Source: Acidobacteriota bacterium (GTDB taxonomy: Bacteria > Acidobacteriota > UBA6911 > RPQK01 > JAJDTT01). Taken from it: a stretch of 64,000 nucleotides of DNA. Under the pieces are notes generated by a model that saw only the letters and a program-made list of their open reading frames with translations, was not told the DNA's origin and ran no database searches. Positions 19,401 to 28,431 of the stretch are shown here, piece after piece. Position numbers and translations under genes: made by a program. The DNA lies in the NCBI GenBank assembly GCA_965217775.1, contig CBDCJH010000002.1, positions 5,984,001-6,048,000 of the forward strand, given 5' to 3'. Within the stretch, counting starts at the first letter, position 1, and the number at the start of each line of letters is the position of its first letter.

Positions 19401-22400
19401 AATGAGCTTGCCTGTTGATAAATGTTTGCGTCGATTTGTCCTTCGTCGAGGCACAGTTTGCAGAGATCCATTGTTGAGAGGATCAAGTCGTCATGCTCGC
19501 TCATGTCCGCATGTTGTTCCATCAGCGATCCGACCTTACGGATCGGTAGAACACAAATGACCTTGCCGTTGTCATGTCGGGCCATATGAAAGAGCCCGGC
19601 TAGTTCGAGTCCTACTTCGTCGATGCTAGTCCTGGGAGGCGCACCCAAGTTAATGGCGGCTCGAAGCTGTTCCCGGCTTTGGAGTTCCCGCACATTCGTG
19701 GCTGCGGCTGTACGAAAAGGCTGGTGAAAACGAACTTCATCCCTTTCGCGAAATAGAAACTCCATGATGTTTGGAGCCAGCTCGGTGTGGTGAAATGCCG
19801 CAACGGTGGTTTCCAGTAGATCGAGGCGGTCAAGAATCAATATTGAGGTCAAGTCCAAACCAATCGTCCAGTCGTCCTGCAATTCAATCGGATTCTGTCC
19901 ACCGGCAATGACCGGGAGTATCACTCGGCAGCGACCGTCTAGTTCGATGGCATGCTGATTGGAGAAATGGAGCAGAAGGCGCACAAGCGACTCTTGGCAC
20001 CAAGTTGTGGTAAAGTAAACCCTCGGATTACCTCTCAGTTTCAAGAGGAGCCCGCCAGCCCAATTTGCCCATTCCTCGCCGCGTTTGCGGGCGAGCAACG
20101 CACCCATCACAATGTTTGTTGCAGTCTGGACTTTGAGATCATTGAGTCGTTTGTTAGCCCAGATCGCATTGATGAAATCTGCTGCGAGTCTGATATGTGA
20201 GACAGGCTCTGCGGTCTTGGTGCCGATATAGGCGCAAAGAGCCTGTAGGTGCACAAGCTCGTTGCTCGTATCCCGCTCGAATGCTGAGAGAAGCACCGGT
20301 GTACTAATCGAGACATAATCATCACGATAAGCGGCAAAATGCACAAGCGCTTCGCTATAGTCGCTCAGAGTCATGGTCTCTGCTTGCTGCGCGCTCAACA
20401 GCACCGCCTGGAGCCAAACTCCCTTGGTACCGAATGCCAAGCCAGCCCACTGGCGCATCGTCAGGTCTTCGCAGAGCAGCAATCGGTCTTGGCCTGCGAT
20501 TACTGCCGGGGCGATTGCATCACCGGACGGAAAGCCAAGTAGCGTCTCGCCTACTTCAGATAAATCGTCAGGAATTACGACGGGCTCGACTGTACAGGCT
20601 TCCTGGATGGCCGCGAGTCGTGACTCGATCAAGTCCAGGTGGCCAGCGCGTTCCTCCGGAGTCATGATCTGGCGGATATATTGGCCGTCCTGATAGGTGA
20701 GGCTCATCGTTTCCTCATTAGCTTCGCCAACAGGATCATCGAGCATTTGTTTGAGGCGGCCAAATTCGTTGGCCGGAATGACGAGAAGACCCAGTTGCTC
20801 CTTGAGAACAGGAAAAACTCCGAGTTCTGCGGCACGCCAAGCAGTAAACCCGTCTAGAACTGCTCCGGAACAACCATTGTCTTCGATTAGAGCAAGGGCG
20901 TCGGCGCGCTCATCCTCCGTTCCATAACAGACGCGCATGCCTTCTCCAATCGAGATGAGATACTGGACGAAAGCGATGCTGCCGCCCCGCCTATCTCCAA
21001 CAATGAAGGCGATAGGAATTTTGTCGATGAGATAAAGATTGGCTTGGGAGCGAGCCGCCTCGCTAAGGCGGCGCACCTGCTCCAGGACCGGCTCTATTTC
21101 GCCCTCGGCAATAGGCACGCTAGCAAAACCTCTGGCGTCCGGAAATCGCCGACCGAAATTCCTGCTAAGGTGATGGAAAGCTTGCAACCAACGGGGCTTT
21201 ACGACCGATACGGTCCAGGTTTCGGTCACGTCTAGGGCATCAACGTGTTCGAACGTATCGCCGATTGTTAGCCCAACGGCCTTAGCAACGAAAGTGTTGG
21301 AAGGATCTACCCTTTCACCCCAAGGCCGGTCGGCCGCATCGCCCACAAGCACCTCAAAATCCTCGCCTCGGCTTGATGTCAGACGAACCCAGACACCGGG
21401 TGTAACAATGCCATCGAAATTGTCCGGTCGATTCGGTGTAGGTTTGATGACGAGCCCCAAGAACTTTCTCACCACCTCAGCGCGGTCTAACCCGTCAATT
21501 AGGGCTTGGTACCCGAGTTCGAGCGCGCGTGCGCTCTCACCACAATCGAGAAGGACATGACAAAATTCGATGCGCGCAAGGGGCGAGCCCCGTAACGTGT
21601 CGACGCCGTCACGTTGCAGGAGCGATACAATGGAATCTCTATCTCCGACTCCGGAATAAGCGGCAATGAGGCCCATCAAATTTTCGATACAGGGCTGTTT
21701 CTCAAAGGCAGTGGCAAAGGGATCGACCGCCTCCTCTGGGACTCCGCGTTTGAGATGGAGAACGCCTTCAAAGCTTTGAAAAACAGGCAGACTTCGGATC
21801 TCAGGGGATAGGCTTTCGAAGAAACGCACCGCGCGGTCTCGTATCGGAAAGTCGTGAGCAAGCGCTTGGGCTAGCAAACGCAATGCAGCACTATCGTTGT
21901 CAAGTGGCATATGGCCAGTCAATATATCTGCTGCGATGCTGGGTTTACCGCTCTCCATGGCTTCTTGTGCGATCGAGAAGCGAGAAACAAACTCATCGTC
22001 TCCGCGTTCGAAGGCTGATTGTGCAGTTGTGAAATATGTCCTTGCGAGATCCGTAAATCCATGCTTGCGGGCACCTTGGGCGAGTAATATCAAGGCGCGT
22101 GTATCTTTTTTAAATGTGTCTTGCTCTGCTTCGAAGATTGAACAGCGCTGTTCCACAGGAGATTGTTCTACGTTTGCAAGCACCCGCGCCGCGCGGGCGA
22201 GACCCCGCACCTCTTCGGGAAAGGTCTCTTCATAGTTGTCGATGAGGTCGGAGACAGTGCCCCAGTCTTTAGTGGCCATGGCCACGTTGTAACGAATCAT
22301 CACGGTGTTGGGGCTGGGCTCAAGTTCAGATACCAGAGATAGTGCCCGGTCGATATCGCCCTGTTCGAGTAGTGCGGTTGCGAGGCATTCCTTTACTGTG

Positions 22401-23821
22401 ACGTTGCCGGGAAAGCGGTCGAGCGCTTCGTTCCCAATCGCAATGGCTTTCTCACGTTCCTGCAGCAGCCGGTAGGCGACCATAAGGTTTAGCGGAACAG
22501 ACAGCAGCTTGTCGCCGGCATGATGAGCGTGATCGCGGATCCGCGGCCAGCAGGTCTCATATATGCTGGTTGCTGTTTCGACATCGGTGCGCATATCTTT
22601 GCTGAGAGCCCGGTCGTCGAGAACACCGGCTCTGTCGAGGACCCGTTCGAGGAGTGCGCAGGCATAAACTTCATTAATCGCATCGTTATCTGGGTGCGCG
22701 TCATAAGCGGCGATGGCGGCATCCCACCAAGAGCCGTGGCCGGCCCGAGCCATGAGCCATCGCACGTGAGCTTCTGCGACCTCGGGCTCACCACGTACCG
22801 TTTCTGGCACATGAGCAAGCGGATCGGTTACGGTCTCGTCGGCCACCATGCCTTGGATGTAATATGCGGCAAGCTTGGCGTTGTCGGGGAATTCTGATAG
22901 TTGAGTTTCGGCGAATGTCTTAAGGGCGGTCCAGTCGGCCTGAAGAAACAGACCTAGCGCTTTGTGAGCGATCGCTTTAGAGTTGCTAGGGTCATAGTCG
23001 TAGGCGGCAATGAGGCCTTGCGCGGCGGTTTCTTCTTCTCCGAGGTTAAATTGGCAGGCGGCAATATTAGCCGCAACTCTGAATCGGATATGGTCGGTGG
23101 CGTCGTCATCAAGGTCCGCTTGGAGTTTTTGAAATAACTCTAGGGCTATTGCGGGGTTAGCAGAAATGAGAACAGCATAATCATTGACTTGGCGTTCGAG
23201 CGTGGTATGGGCTTTTGTGTCACTGATGGCTGGGCTGATTGCCGGCTTGATCTTCTCGGCTTGCAGCATCGATTTGAGTTGTGGACCAACTGAATTGGCA
23301 ACCTCACGAGCCAAGTCCTCCATCTTGTTCTCAAACCAGTTTGCGTATGGTGTGTGGGATGGGTCGAACGCTTCAAGCGCCCGGGGATGGCGGCGGATCT
23401 CAAATTCTAGGCTACCCCAACCGAGAACCCGGACTTTGAGATCCTTCTCTCGGTCCTTGCTGGCAGAGATGGACAGTTCAAGGGCCAATGTGTCGAGGTT
23501 GGCGTCATCGGGTGCGGTAGTAACGATGATGTATTCCGAGAGAAGCGGCCTGAATGCCAGTGCCTTTTCGACTTCACTTCTGACTTCAACTTCGGTAAGG
23601 TTTTTGCCGTAGCCCTTCAGCTTGCATTGCACACCAACGATCCGATTTGGGGTATTCTCACGGATACCGATGAGATCGACACCATATTGATTCTGGCCTC
23701 GACGGCCGTATAATTTGACCGTGTCGTCCTTGAGAATATAGCTCCATAGAATCCTGTTGCAGCGCTCGAATGTTTGTTCGTCACTGGGTTTGGGAATCTG
23801 CGTGGCCGTGAATTCAGACAT
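16406..23821 (-). CDS. 2471-aa candidate defence protein: restriction-endonuclease-like + TPR + GreA/B-C-like + multiple PIN-like domains
   Basis: Uninterrupted ORF of visibly lower GC than its flanks. N-terminal GRRGQNQYGVD...GVQCK; helical repeats; GreA-C-like IVTPGVWVRL...VAKAVGLTIGDTF; PIN-like AVLDG...LLCED, IGLDLTS and IYVEG...SIDDR. Confidence 0.75.
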   Translation of the reverse strand: MSEFTATQIPKPSDEQTFERCNRILWSYILKDDTVKLYGRRGQNQYGVDLIGIRENTPNRIVGVQCKLKGYGKNLTEVEVRSEVEKALAFRPLLSEYIIVTTAPDDANLDTLALELSISASKDREKDLKVRVLGWGSLEFEIRRHPRALEAFDPSHTPYANWFENKMEDLAREVANSVGPQLKSMLQAEKIKPAISPAISDTKAHTTLERQVNDYAVLISANPAIALELFQKLQADLDDDATDHIRFRVAANIAACQFNLGEEETAAQGLIAAYDYDPSNSKAIAHKALGLFLQADWTALKTFAETQLSEFPDNAKLAAYYIQGMVADETVTDPLAHVPETVRGEPEVAEAHVRWLMARAGHGSWWDAAIAAYDAHPDNDAINEVYACALLERVLDRAGVLDDRALSKDMRTDVETATSIYETCWPRIRDHAHHAGDKLLSVPLNLMVAYRLLQEREKAIAIGNEALDRFPGNVTVKECLATALLEQGDIDRALSLVSELEPSPNTVMIRYNVAMATKDWGTVSDLIDNYEETFPEEVRGLARAARVLANVEQSPVEQRCSIFEAEQDTFKKDTRALILLAQGARKHGFTDLARTYFTTAQSAFERGDDEFVSRFSIAQEAMESGKPSIAADILTGHMPLDNDSAALRLLAQALAHDFPIRDRAVRFFESLSPEIRSLPVFQSFEGVLHLKRGVPEEAVDPFATAFEKQPCIENLMGLIAAYSGVGDRDSIVSLLQRDGVDTLRGSPLARIEFCHVLLDCGESARALELGYQALIDGLDRAEVVRKFLGLVIKPTPNRPDNFDGIVTPGVWVRLTSSRGEDFEVLVGDAADRPWGERVDPSNTFVAKAVGLTIGDTFEHVDALDVTETWTVSVVKPRWLQAFHHLSRNFGRRFPDARGFASVPIAEGEIEPVLEQVRRLSEAARSQANLYLIDKIPIAFIVGDRRGGSIAFVQYLISIGEGMRVCYGTEDERADALALIEDNGCSGAVLDGFTAWRAAELGVFPVLKEQLGLLVIPANEFGRLKQMLDDPVGEANEETMSLTYQDGQYIRQIMTPEERAGHLDLIESRLAAIQEACTVEPVVIPDDLSEVGETLLGFPSGDAIAPAVIAGQDRLLLCEDLTMRQWAGLAFGTKGVWLQAVLLSAQQAETMTLSDYSEALVHFAAYRDDYVSISTPVLLSAFERDTSNELVHLQALCAYIGTKTAEPVSHIRLAADFINAIWANKRLNDLKVQTATNIVMGALLARKRGEEWANWAGGLLLKLRGNPRVYFTTTWCQESLVRLLLHFSNQHAIELDGRCRVILPVIAGGQNPIELQDDWTIGLDLTSILILDRLDLLETTVAAFHHTELAPNIMEFLFRERDEVRFHQPFRTAAATNVRELQSREQLRAAINLGAPPRTSIDEVGLELAGLFHMARHDNGKVICVLPIRKVGSLMEQHADMSEHDDLILSTMDLCKLCLDEGQIDANIYQQASSFLRGKGQSQHANLPASVLNGPIYVEGLALSYLQSASLLEPLAASGLDMRIHPDILDEIHTLIDAGDVGRESVKKIERISDILRNALSSGTASFLPRAVERDKRVQKHEIRFQATASVLAGKAACDALSIDDRYINSHPVITNRTGQSIPIVCVLDILRYLVSRGCISIADHWIARHKLRQSGFVFVPIESDELMHWLESATVDDGKLKESAELRILRQAVTHIDTLSLAATKEMMALSANIHCAIGTAIEHLWQDSSLTIERTMALSDWVWCHLMMKAILGHEHFEHGDYTAWLRELIPLRLGNLLLPTAILPQDRRVHYTHWIDQSVLEALRPANKSIIEKALTSARESISGLENDQERYGNLFLDRLPEAARRVVIAQDAEFAKRSGFETRQIFKIGSNIQLVNSELFAAAREVLATSKERSVQGVAGRELLVGLDMRDQNIVVKWSDAESVPHRAKFPQLALLSPNRKARIAALRSLIEQFGPTAPDLQGLLTNMEAREANDQELSTIFNESANGAAALQATFIQKINRGGGFNVADIIPQSFSYFEQYAGPAPGLREPESYFHEVLVPYRKALLNRDVRVGLDICCLGALRDDLTPGLWCTTINDDLVWDVVSSCDVESNPFSLLGALDIALYRQGDHRFRDFSAEAVATLLDKQLGQQDGPNLYRLLPILADFVLNRINLLENGSNYPGYWKRMCAWMQAGLIARALTSLNPSIDADALQEWAGDNMAVAGFYSNLVSARKEPMLFAHRISSTQALRNEILGRLYILKSRHERVGHQVPRSEDIAHALVRDEDHGQTFAFGFFPGPLEGHRRPKKPVPQEIIVKLGEKSTARSELFLLQLLSIASQSFALGEPEIEYALQAVKKIAENNSDSEPHEKWKLLGLASIVAAANRDTMLADGISDAVIRIVPRIPEEKAIQIILQIMFQAAAAHETHDVWFKWLEERLAIIATHLPPHPKKCLRMFLDHLDEIERILPIDSWFHARARLIASSRVA

Positions 23822-23946
23822 GGATTAGAACGAGCGCAAGCCTGACGAGGCAGTGTTTCAATTTCCTTTATAACGTAACGAAAATCAAGGAATACGCGCT
23901 GACTATCACATTGCCAACGACACTTCGTGTTGCTGCTGGTAGGGGG

Positions 23947-24762
23947 TCAAGATGCCACCCAGTGGCGAAAAAGGGGCTTCACGCTTGCCGGCAGGCTGTC
24001 GTAGACGTGCCGCGGCACGGGAACGACGACGTTGTCCATGATCCCGGTTTCGTCCACCATCCGGGTTCGCTCCACGGAGCCCGGCATCAGGATGTCCAGG
24101 TTCAACCACCAGGGCGCGTAACGCACGGCCATTCCCACCCGGGCCTGATCGCTCACGTTGTGGGAGATGGCGTGCCAGAGTCGGCTGTCGAAGAGCAGAA
24201 CACTGCCGGCATCGCCGGTGGCCCGGATCTCGCTGGGGAATGTATCCATGGGGTCGACCCCGATGTCCCCGGTGGGATTGTTAGGTTGCCGGTGACTTCC
24301 GGGCACGATGATGGTGGCGCCCGTCTCCTCGGTGAAGGGGGAGAGCATCCAGAGCGTGGTCAGGTGCTGGACCGCATCGGGATAGGGGGCGGGAATGTGT
24401 CCGGCGTTGTGTTGATTGAAGGGCCAGTCCGCGTGCAGCTTCCCCCGCTGGTTTCCCGGATAGCTGATGTGGGCCGTGGTGTAGGAGATCCGGTAGTGGG
24501 GTCCGAACAGGGTCCCGGCCACCCCCAGAATACGAGGGTCCGCCAAGTAGGGCGCGAAGGACTGGTCGAAGGCCAGGAGTCCCTTTCGGCTGCCCAGCCC
24601 CTGGATGGTCTCTCCGGTCCCGTGCCGGGCCACCGTCTCTTCCACGTGCTTGCAGATCGGGCCGACCCGATCCGCGGGGATGACCCCCTCCAGCACGTAC
24701 CACCCCTGCAGTTCCAGGTGCATGAGCGCCTTCCGGACGATGCTTTCCGTGTCTTGTTTCAT
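23947..24762 (-). CDS. Phytanoyl-CoA dioxygenase-family (PhyH) Fe(II)/2OG enzyme
   Basis: HAD...WH facial triad, VPGSHR and GSVLLFDSRLWH. Confidence 0.9.
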   Translation of the reverse strand: MKQDTESIVRKALMHLELQGWYVLEGVIPADRVGPICKHVEETVARHGTGETIQGLGSRKGLLAFDQSFAPYLADPRILGVAGTLFGPHYRISYTTAHISYPGNQRGKLHADWPFNQHNAGHIPAPYPDAVQHLTTLWMLSPFTEETGATIIVPGSHRQPNNPTGDIGVDPMDTFPSEIRATGDAGSVLLFDSRLWHAISHNVSDQARVGMAVRYAPWWLNLDILMPGSVERTRMVDETGIMDNVVVPVPRHVYDSLPASVKPLFRHWVAS

Positions 24763-25823
24763 GGCGATTGATCCTCATTGTCGTCCAGGCTCAAGCCCAG
24801 ATCATCGGCCACTGCGACCACTTCGCGCCAAGTACGCTCAGGAAGGGAGATGCCCTCCCGGCTCCGCCTGCGCCGCTCCCTGGCCTCCCGCTCGCCCGGG
24901 ATCAGGATCTCGTCGAATCCGGGCGCCCTGGGGGGCGCCTTGATCCGTTCCAGGAAACCCTGCATTTGGGCGTGAAATTTCTCCGGATGGGCGAAGCTGG
25001 CCACATTGATAACGTTGAGAAAGACGGCGTTTCCGCCCCGGATCCGGTCCCAATCGGTGCAGCCGGCGCCGCTCAGAGCTCCGGCCAGAGCCTCCACCGC
25101 GAGACCGAGCCCGAATCCCTTGTAGCCGACCGGCCCGCCCAGGGGAAGCAGGGAACCGGGAGGGTCTTCCAGAATCACGCCCGGATCGTTGGTGGGGCGC
25201 CCGCGGCTGTCGATCAACCACCCGTCGGGAACCGGCTCCCCCAGATTATGCGCCAGAGCCACCTTTCCGCCGGCGGCGACGGTGGTGGTCATGTCCAGGA
25301 TCAGCGGAGTCCCGCCCGTGGGCACGCCGACTCCCATGGGATTGGTCGAGAGGCGGGGATCGATCCCGCCGAAGGGAGCCGCCAGCCCGCGCTGACCGTG
25401 GGCGTTGACCATCATGATGGCCGCCATGCCCTCGCCGGTGACCATCCGCAGGTAGTCGCTGAGGCGTCCCAGATGGTTCGAATGGCGCACACTGACCACG
25501 CAGGTCCCGGCTTTCCGCGCCTTTCGGATACCCCGGAGCGTCGCCTCTCGGACCACCACGTGTCCGAAGCCCCAGTTCCCGTCCAGGACCAGTGTTGAGT
25601 CACTCTCCCGAATCACCTCCACCTTCGCCCCGGGGACGATCTCTCCGTTGGAAATCTTCTCCACGTAGCCCAACAGCGACAGAGTGCCATGAGAATCGTG
25701 GCCCGAAAGATGGGCGTCGATCCCCAGCGAGGCGACGGTCGAGGCCTCCGCCGGTGTCGCCCCGGCGGCCACCAGAATACGTTGCAGGATTCGGCTCAGA
25801 GCTTCCGGCCGAAATCTAGGCAT
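24759..25823 (-). CDS. Ldh_2-family (malate/L-lactate/ureidoglycolate-type) oxidoreductase
   Basis: GHDSHG, DGNWGFG, HSNHLG, STNP, LDMTTT, GYKGFGL and IPGERE. Confidence 0.92.
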   Translation of the reverse strand: MPRFRPEALSRILQRILVAAGATPAEASTVASLGIDAHLSGHDSHGTLSLLGYVEKISNGEIVPGAKVEVIRESDSTLVLDGNWGFGHVVVREATLRGIRKARKAGTCVVSVRHSNHLGRLSDYLRMVTGEGMAAIMMVNAHGQRGLAAPFGGIDPRLSTNPMGVGVPTGGTPLILDMTTTVAAGGKVALAHNLGEPVPDGWLIDSRGRPTNDPGVILEDPPGSLLPLGGPVGYKGFGLGLAVEALAGALSGAGCTDWDRIRGGNAVFLNVINVASFAHPEKFHAQMQGFLERIKAPPRAPGFDEILIPGEREARERRRRSREGISLPERTWREVVAVADDLGLSLDDNEDQSP

Positions 25824-25871
25824 CGATTGCCCTCCGACACATTCGATGGAGTCCCCGCGATGGACGCATCC

Positions 25872-26948
25872 CTATCCCGGGACCGAGTAATGGGCCAGAA
25901 CCTCCCGGTCCAACTCCAGGCCATGGCCCGGCCGGTCGGGCGCGATGGCGTAGCCGTCTTCGAAACGGATCGGCTCTTGGGCCAGGACGTTCCACATCAG
26001 GTCGGAAAACTCCATGTAGAGGCATTCGGGGAAGCTCACCGCCGCGTGGACTCCGGTCTCCAGAGGAGTGTTCCCCAGCGAGACGGGAATCCCGTAATCG
26101 CCCGCCAGCCGGGCGGCCGTGCGCGACTCGGAGATGGAAGTATGCACGTTGAGAACGTCTACGGCGGTCGCTTCCAACAGGCGCCGCTTCCCGGAAAAGC
26201 CCAAATATTCGCCGGTGTTGATCCGGGTGAATGGAATCTCGGCGCAGAGCATGCGGTAACCGTCCAGATCGTTGCGGTCGATGGGGTCCTCCATCCAGTA
26301 GATTTCGAACCCCTCGTCGCGGTAGCGGTGAAGTCTCAGCAGGGCCTCCTTGGGAGACCAGGCCTCGTTGGAATCGATCATGAGGTCGGGTTCGGGTCCC
26401 ATCTCCTGGCGGGCGATGGTCATCCGGGCCAGATCCCAGGCCACGTCGGGGTGGCCCACCTTAATCTTCATGGCCTTGAATCCCTGCTCCCGAAACCGGA
26501 TCAGCTTGGCCCGGAACTCGTCGTCCGTCAGATGGAAGTCGAGGGTGCTCCCGTAGGCCCGAACCCGGGACCGGGTCCCGCCCAGGAGCCGGTAGAGGGG
26601 GAGATCCAAATGCTTGGCCATCAGGTCCCAGAGCGCCGTCTCCACGACGAGACCGAAGGGAGAGGCGCCGACGTTTCCTCCCCTGGGCCGATCGATGCGG
26701 TTGGCCACGGTGAAGGGGTTCGAGCCCCGGAGGGCGGGCCAGGTCTGGAATTCGAATTGTTCCTTCAGTTCCTTCAGGGCCGCCGGAGGCATACCCTGCT
26801 GGATCTGGAACCCGACCCCCCTCAGGCCGGTGTCGGTCTCCAACTCCAGAATCGAGCCCCAGTGATCCACGAAGGAGACCTGAGAATCGCCGATGGGGTG
26901 GGGCAGTGGGAGATGAACTCTGTGGATGTCGTATTGTTTCAGGTTCAT
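25872..26948 (-). CDS. Mandelate racemase/muconate lactonizing (enolase superfamily) enzyme
   Basis: ALWDL, KIKVG, LMIDSN, WMEDP, TGE and PDRPGHG. Confidence 0.92.
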   Translation of the reverse strand: MNLKQYDIHRVHLPLPHPIGDSQVSFVDHWGSILELETDTGLRGVGFQIQQGMPPAALKELKEQFEFQTWPALRGSNPFTVANRIDRPRGGNVGASPFGLVVETALWDLMAKHLDLPLYRLLGGTRSRVRAYGSTLDFHLTDDEFRAKLIRFREQGFKAMKIKVGHPDVAWDLARMTIARQEMGPEPDLMIDSNEAWSPKEALLRLHRYRDEGFEIYWMEDPIDRNDLDGYRMLCAEIPFTRINTGEYLGFSGKRRLLEATAVDVLNVHTSISESRTAARLAGDYGIPVSLGNTPLETGVHAAVSFPECLYMEFSDLMWNVLAQEPIRFEDGYAIAPDRPGHGLELDREVLAHYSVPG

Positions 26949-28430
26949 TCAACTTCCTTGAAAGTAGGAGACGATGACACGGACGCCCAGTGAGAACATG
27001 ACGGTGCCGGCGACAGCGGTGGCCAGTCTCAGTTTCCAACTCATGCGCAGTGGGGGCGGCAGCCGGTACCGGTCGGCCCAGATCATGGCGAAGCACCAGA
27101 GTCCGCAGGCGGCGATTCCGCCGCTCACCACTCCGGTGAAGGTGATGCGGCCGAGCACGTCGCCGGCGATCTCCTTGGGGAGCCAGACCAGCAGCAATCC
27201 GCCCAGAAAGCAGTAGGAAATGGTCACCGTTCGCAGGGACTTGAAAAAAGGTCGGTCCACGAAACGGGGAAAGAGGCTGCGCACCCCCTCCGAGATGACG
27301 CGGGAGTAGACTTCGAAAGCCCCGTAGAGGGTCCCGATGAAGGCCAGGAAGACGCCCACCCGGTAGAGCCACTTGAGTTGGGGATGCAGAGCGGTCAGGA
27401 AGGACTCCTGGACGGTCAGGAACTCGCTGCCGTCGGGAATCGCCCGGTTCGGATTCAACACCATGGCTCCCAGTACGGCGAACAGCAGGGTCACCAGGAT
27501 GACGAAGGTGAAGGAGAGGGTGGTGTCCAGCAGCGGCGCCCGGGTCCAGACGCGGGCCCGCTCGACCACCTCCGAGGCGGAGTTCCGCGCGGCCTCGGCC
27601 AGTTCCCGGCGGCCGGCGACGCGAATCCCCGCCAAGCCCCATTTCTTCTCCCTCAGGAACCCGATGTAGCCCACGTAGTCCTGGGTGCCTCCTCCCACCG
27701 CTCCGATGTAGAGCAAGATCTCCAGCCAGGGGCTGCGCCCGGAAAAGGTCTCGGAATATTTCTCCAGGACCCAGGGCTGGTAGTCAGTGACCCGGGGCAG
27801 GAAAAGCCCCCGGAGCAGGTCGGGAATGTCGGGCCCCAGGACCACCACGGCCGAAGCGATGCACAGCACCATGATTCCCAGGATCACGGTGGAGAGACGC
27901 TCCACGATGTCGTACGTGGAGATCAGGGCCAGGACCAGGCAGACGGTCAGCACCACCGTCGCCCAGAAATTGAGCCAGAATTCCAGATGTTGCCAGGGAC
28001 CGACGTCGGCTCCCACCACGGCCCCGCCCAGAAGCCGGTGAATGAAGGTCGCCAAGATCTCGGACAACGCCGAAAATCCCACCAGCATAAGCATGATCGC
28101 CGGTACGACGATGAGCAGGGGAAACGCCATGCCCACCACCGGCATGGAGCACCAGGTCGTCATCGGATGCTCACCGGTCAGGACGATGTGCCGGGAGGCG
28201 GTGTAGACCTGGATCCCCTTGAAGATGCCGGCGTAGAGAAAACACCAGAGCATTCCGTAGCCGAAGATGGCGCCGCTCCGGGAGGCGAAGACCAGCTCGC
28301 CGCTGGCGATGGTCACCGAGGCGATGATGACGCCGGGCCCCACGAAGACCCAGAGCGAGGAGAGGGTGGGACGCTGCAGCAGCGGCGGCGGGGATGGATA
28401 GACGTGCGGGTCCGACTCGGGCCGTTTCAC
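26949..28430 (-). CDS. Nramp-like/APC-fold membrane transporter
   Basis: GPGVIIASVTIASGE...GAIFGYGMLW N-terminal signature; many transmembrane segments. Confidence 0.75.
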   Translation of the reverse strand: MKRPESDPHVYPSPPPLLQRPTLSSLWVFVGPGVIIASVTIASGELVFASRSGAIFGYGMLWCFLYAGIFKGIQVYTASRHIVLTGEHPMTTWCSMPVVGMAFPLLIVVPAIMLMLVGFSALSEILATFIHRLLGGAVVGADVGPWQHLEFWLNFWATVVLTVCLVLALISTYDIVERLSTVILGIMVLCIASAVVVLGPDIPDLLRGLFLPRVTDYQPWVLEKYSETFSGRSPWLEILLYIGAVGGGTQDYVGYIGFLREKKWGLAGIRVAGRRELAEAARNSASEVVERARVWTRAPLLDTTLSFTFVILVTLLFAVLGAMVLNPNRAIPDGSEFLTVQESFLTALHPQLKWLYRVGVFLAFIGTLYGAFEVYSRVISEGVRSLFPRFVDRPFFKSLRTVTISYCFLGGLLLVWLPKEIAGDVLGRITFTGVVSGGIAACGLWCFAMIWADRYRLPPPLRMSWKLRLATAVAGTVMFSLGVRVIVSYFQGS

Positions 28431-28431
28431 G

